In this document: in pieces, positions 62,301 through 64,000 of the stretch
How positions within the stretch are numbered: the first letter of the stretch is position 1
Layout: every line of letters starts with the position of its first letter
Origin: Candidatus Methanomethylophilaceae archaeon
GTDB taxonomy: Archaea > Thermoplasmatota > Thermoplasmata > Methanomassiliicoccales > Methanomethylophilaceae
NCBI GenBank assembly: GCA_050950505.1
Contig: JBMNHS010000001.1
Coordinates: 192,001 to 256,000 of the forward strand
Length of the DNA stretch: 64,000 nucleotides
Reading direction: 5' to 3'
Made by a program: the position numbers and the translations under genes
The notes under the pieces: generated by a model
Database searches by the model: none
The model's input: only the letters and a program-made list of their open reading frames with translations
Told to the model about the DNA's origin: nothing

Positions 62301-62564
62301 ACATTGGAACTTATGAGACGTTCGTGCAAAAAACACACCGAACCGTTGATGGAATTGTGTGAATTGTTCAACAATGCCACGAATGACGGCAAAAACATGG
62401 CAACCGTGTCGGGAATGCTGAGTAATTGTATAAACTCCATAGTCGAAAAGAAAGAACAGGCCAACCTGGATTGTTTCCTCAAAGGCGACAATGTCAGTTT
62501 CCACGACATAAAGAAGAGCGGTCTTGATGATTTCGAACTTGTCAGTTTCCTGGTCGTGATATGA
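59358..62564 (+). CDS. SNF2-family helicase with N-terminal PLD-like domain
   Basis: LADSVGLGKT, IDESHYFR, LSATP, SEGQNLQ, WNPVRIIQRFGRIDRIG. Confidence 0.9.
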   Translation: MEILNNIDRKLGDDLKETIVEGSDVSIACERFSIYAYQALMGQLNKIHSIRFIFTSPTFIKEENVKEKREFYIPRLSRERGIYGTEFEVKLRNELTQKALAKRCGDWIRHKAEFQSNITERSMNNFLNIDYGDSGYSYSGIRGFTTTDLGYEKGDALTNLVNKNTFNESRMYLDHFNYLWNDKENMQNVKDEVLKRISTAYAENSPEALYHVTLYNIFKKYLDELSSDNLPKEEVGLKDSVIWNKLYTFQKDAVMAVINKLETYNGCILADSVGLGKTFTALGVIKYYENRNDRVLVLCPKKLSENWKVFRENYRNNPVAEDRFGYDVLHHTDLLRERGESNGINLARINWSGYQLVVIDESHYFRNGETSAIEGTDNRYQRLLKEVIRKGTKTKVLMLSATPVNNQFTDLYNQLRIAYEGNAEKMDRNLEVSTSIKRIFSDAQGAFNRWKEYDPEHRTTDNLLKLLDDDFINVLDSLTIARSRRHIEQYYGTKDIGEFPKRLPPKSLSPGISETPGTISFSEIYNTLEKLNLQVYMPTNFVLSSKLSKYVSSETNISRAGREKGIRSLISINLLKRLESSIYSFEKTLKKVRNYIINTIDAIEDHIKGKKTGTLEYEIDEDLMDDEDSFNAFEQNVGIKLEDMDYLSWRMYLEEDLNLLDGLLEETCKITPDVDYKLSVLKDEIRNKVKNPINPGNRKILIFSAFADTATYLYDNLADDLKKHGLNVAMITGSADGRNTIKGLRNDFNDILTCFSPVSKDMNVLMPEMKEEIDILIGTDCISEGQNLQDCDYCINYDIHWNPVRIIQRFGRIDRIGSKNDCVQLVNFWPDIELDEYINLKERVETKMKMTVMTSTGDDNVLDPKDEGDLDYRKQQLKRLHNEIVEVEEMQSGISITDLGIHEFRIELQRYVEEKGDLDLIPYGLHAVVPSENSMPPGTIFVLKNINKNVDIEGKNRLHPYYLVYILDDGDVFIDHLSPRKTLELMRRSCKKHTEPLMELCELFNNATNDGKNMATVSGMLSNCINSIVEKKEQANLDCFLKGDNVSFHDIKKSGLDDFELVSFLVVI

Positions 62565-63169
62565 TTCTCGGGCTCCCCAAATCCACAAAGGTGTTCAATC
62601 AATTGCCGAAAAAGCAAATTTTCGAACAGTTCAGAGTATCTCCGAAAGAACGTAAAAGATTCGATGACGATATAGGCAGACTTGCCATTGTCAACGAGAT
62701 TTCACCGAAAACCGTTAATCTTGACAAAGGAACCAAAGTCGATTCCATATTCTTCGTAAGGATTGAACTGAAAAATAAAGAATACGACCGAAAGAATCTG
62801 ATTCTGATCAGTAAACTGATCGATCAAAGCATGATTTTCATTTTGGAATGGGAAGAACAGCAAAAGATAGCGGTTTACGAAACCGAACTCATCGAAAGTG
62901 ACTGGCACAATTCCGAAGACTTCAAGTTGAAAATTGAAGGTATCAATTTGGATTCGGTTTGGAATAATTTCATAATCGGGATCGGCGGGATTGTTCTCGA
63001 AGACGACAATACGCTTATTGAGCAGATATCGCTTGATACTGAACGAGAAAAGCTGCAGGAACGGATTGATGCTTTGGATAAGCGGGTACGGAAGGAAATG
63101 CAACCGAAGAAGAAAAGAGAATTGTGGGATGAGTTAAAGAGTTTAAGAAAGGAATTGGAAGGTTTGTGA
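62561..63169 (+). CDS. DUF4391-like protein
   Basis: LGLPKSTKVFNQLPK start, C-terminal coiled coil RKEMQPKKKRELW; typical partner of SNF2/Type III loci. Confidence 0.78.
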   Translation: MILGLPKSTKVFNQLPKKQIFEQFRVSPKERKRFDDDIGRLAIVNEISPKTVNLDKGTKVDSIFFVRIELKNKEYDRKNLILISKLIDQSMIFILEWEEQQKIAVYETELIESDWHNSEDFKLKIEGINLDSVWNNFIIGIGGIVLEDDNTLIEQISLDTEREKLQERIDALDKRVRKEMQPKKKRELWDELKSLRKELEGL

Positions 63170-63229
63170 TACCGAAATAAATAACACTGAATGAGGTGGT
63201 GTATTCATTGTGTCAAAGGAGTGAAAAAT

Positions 63230-64000
63230 TTGTTCAATTCAGATTTGCCGATTAAAGGGGTCGAGGAAGATGCATTGAACAGAAGCGAATTTGCGAAGTG
63301 TCTGGCGAATACGCTACTGAATCATACTAGCCGCGAGGGATTTGTAATAGGGTTATACGGCAAGTGGGGCAGCGGAAAAACATCAGTTCTTAACATGATT
63401 CAGAAAGAGATCGAGCGGGAATCCAAGAATATATCTGAAAACCCTATTGTTCTGAGATTCAATCCATGGCTATGTTCAAATCCCAATCAACTCGTGTCTC
63501 AATTTTTCACACAGCTGTCATCTGAGATAAAGAATATTCCGGATTTGAATGATTTATACGGTTTAGTTGACGAATACTCGGACGCTTTAGAACTATTGCC
63601 TGTGATACCGATAGTCGGTACTTCGTTATCGGTCATATCAAAGATATTGGTAAAAAAATCCCATAAACGGAAAAACAATGGAAGGGATCTTCAGAAAATC
63701 AAGAATAAATTGAATGATATAATAGATAAAAAAAAGAGAAAAATCATTGTAATGATTGATGATGTGGATCGACTGAGCAATGAAGAGATAATCTCTGTTT
63801 TCCAATTGGTCAAAACAATAGCGGATTTCCCGTATGCCGTTTATCTGCTTGCATTTGATCGTGAAATTATCATTAACGCCTTACGGGAGGTTCAGAAGGG
63901 GGATGGGGCGGAATATCTTGAAAAAATAGTTCAGGTCCCTTTCGAACTGCCTGAACCGGAATCCGAAGATGTTCACAGGATATTCAAGGAAAGACTTGAA
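63230..64000 (+). CDS. KAP-family P-loop NTPase, 5' part (runs off the window)
   Basis: FNSDLPI..DALNRSEFA, IGLYGKWGSGKTS, MIDDVDRL, YLEKIVQVPFELP; TTG start after GGAGTG. Confidence 0.9.
   Translation, partial: MFNSDLPIKGVEEDALNRSEFAKCLANTLLNHTSREGFVIGLYGKWGSGKTSVLNMIQKEIERESKNISENPIVLRFNPWLCSNPNQLVSQFFTQLSSEIKNIPDLNDLYGLVDEYSDALELLPVIPIVGTSLSVISKILVKKSHKRKNNGRDLQKIKNKLNDIIDKKKRKIIVMIDDVDRLSNEEIISVFQLVKTIADFPYAVYLLAFDREIIINALREVQKGDGAEYLEKIVQVPFELPEPESEDVHRIFKERLE

Overview
Archaeal chromosomal window. Gene content (gatAB, NAC, ipk-idi2-GGPPS, hypC, DUF4143 ATPase expansion, adhesin-like proteins) and the absence of TAG among the 46 gene ends I could assign suggest a Methanomassiliicoccales-type (Thermoplasmata), probably pyrrolysine-using host; this is an inference. 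Layout: 1-6.6 kb translation/housekeeping genes, including a bacterial-type AspRS. 6.6-8.5 kb two poly-zinc-ribbon/HTH genes. 8.5-27.1 kb co-oriented surface-protein plus BtuFCD-like ABC cluster with a shared promoter motif. 27.3-34.4 kb variable region with three AAA/DUF4143 paralogs, tandem-repeat arrays, an amber-interrupted gene and an AT-rich orphan pair. 34.6-46 kb housekeeping. 46.3-64 kb defence island. The main signal is in the island: four tandem Type III mod genes with different target-recognition domains feed one res gene. Three carry long poly-G tracts (G11, G19, G12) and two of these are out of frame, consistent with a homopolymer-switched, multi-specificity restriction-modification array (archaeal phasevarion candidate). 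It is flanked by GmrSD-like, PLD-SNF2, DUF4391 and KAP-NTPase genes. Family names come from motif recognition, not database searches.
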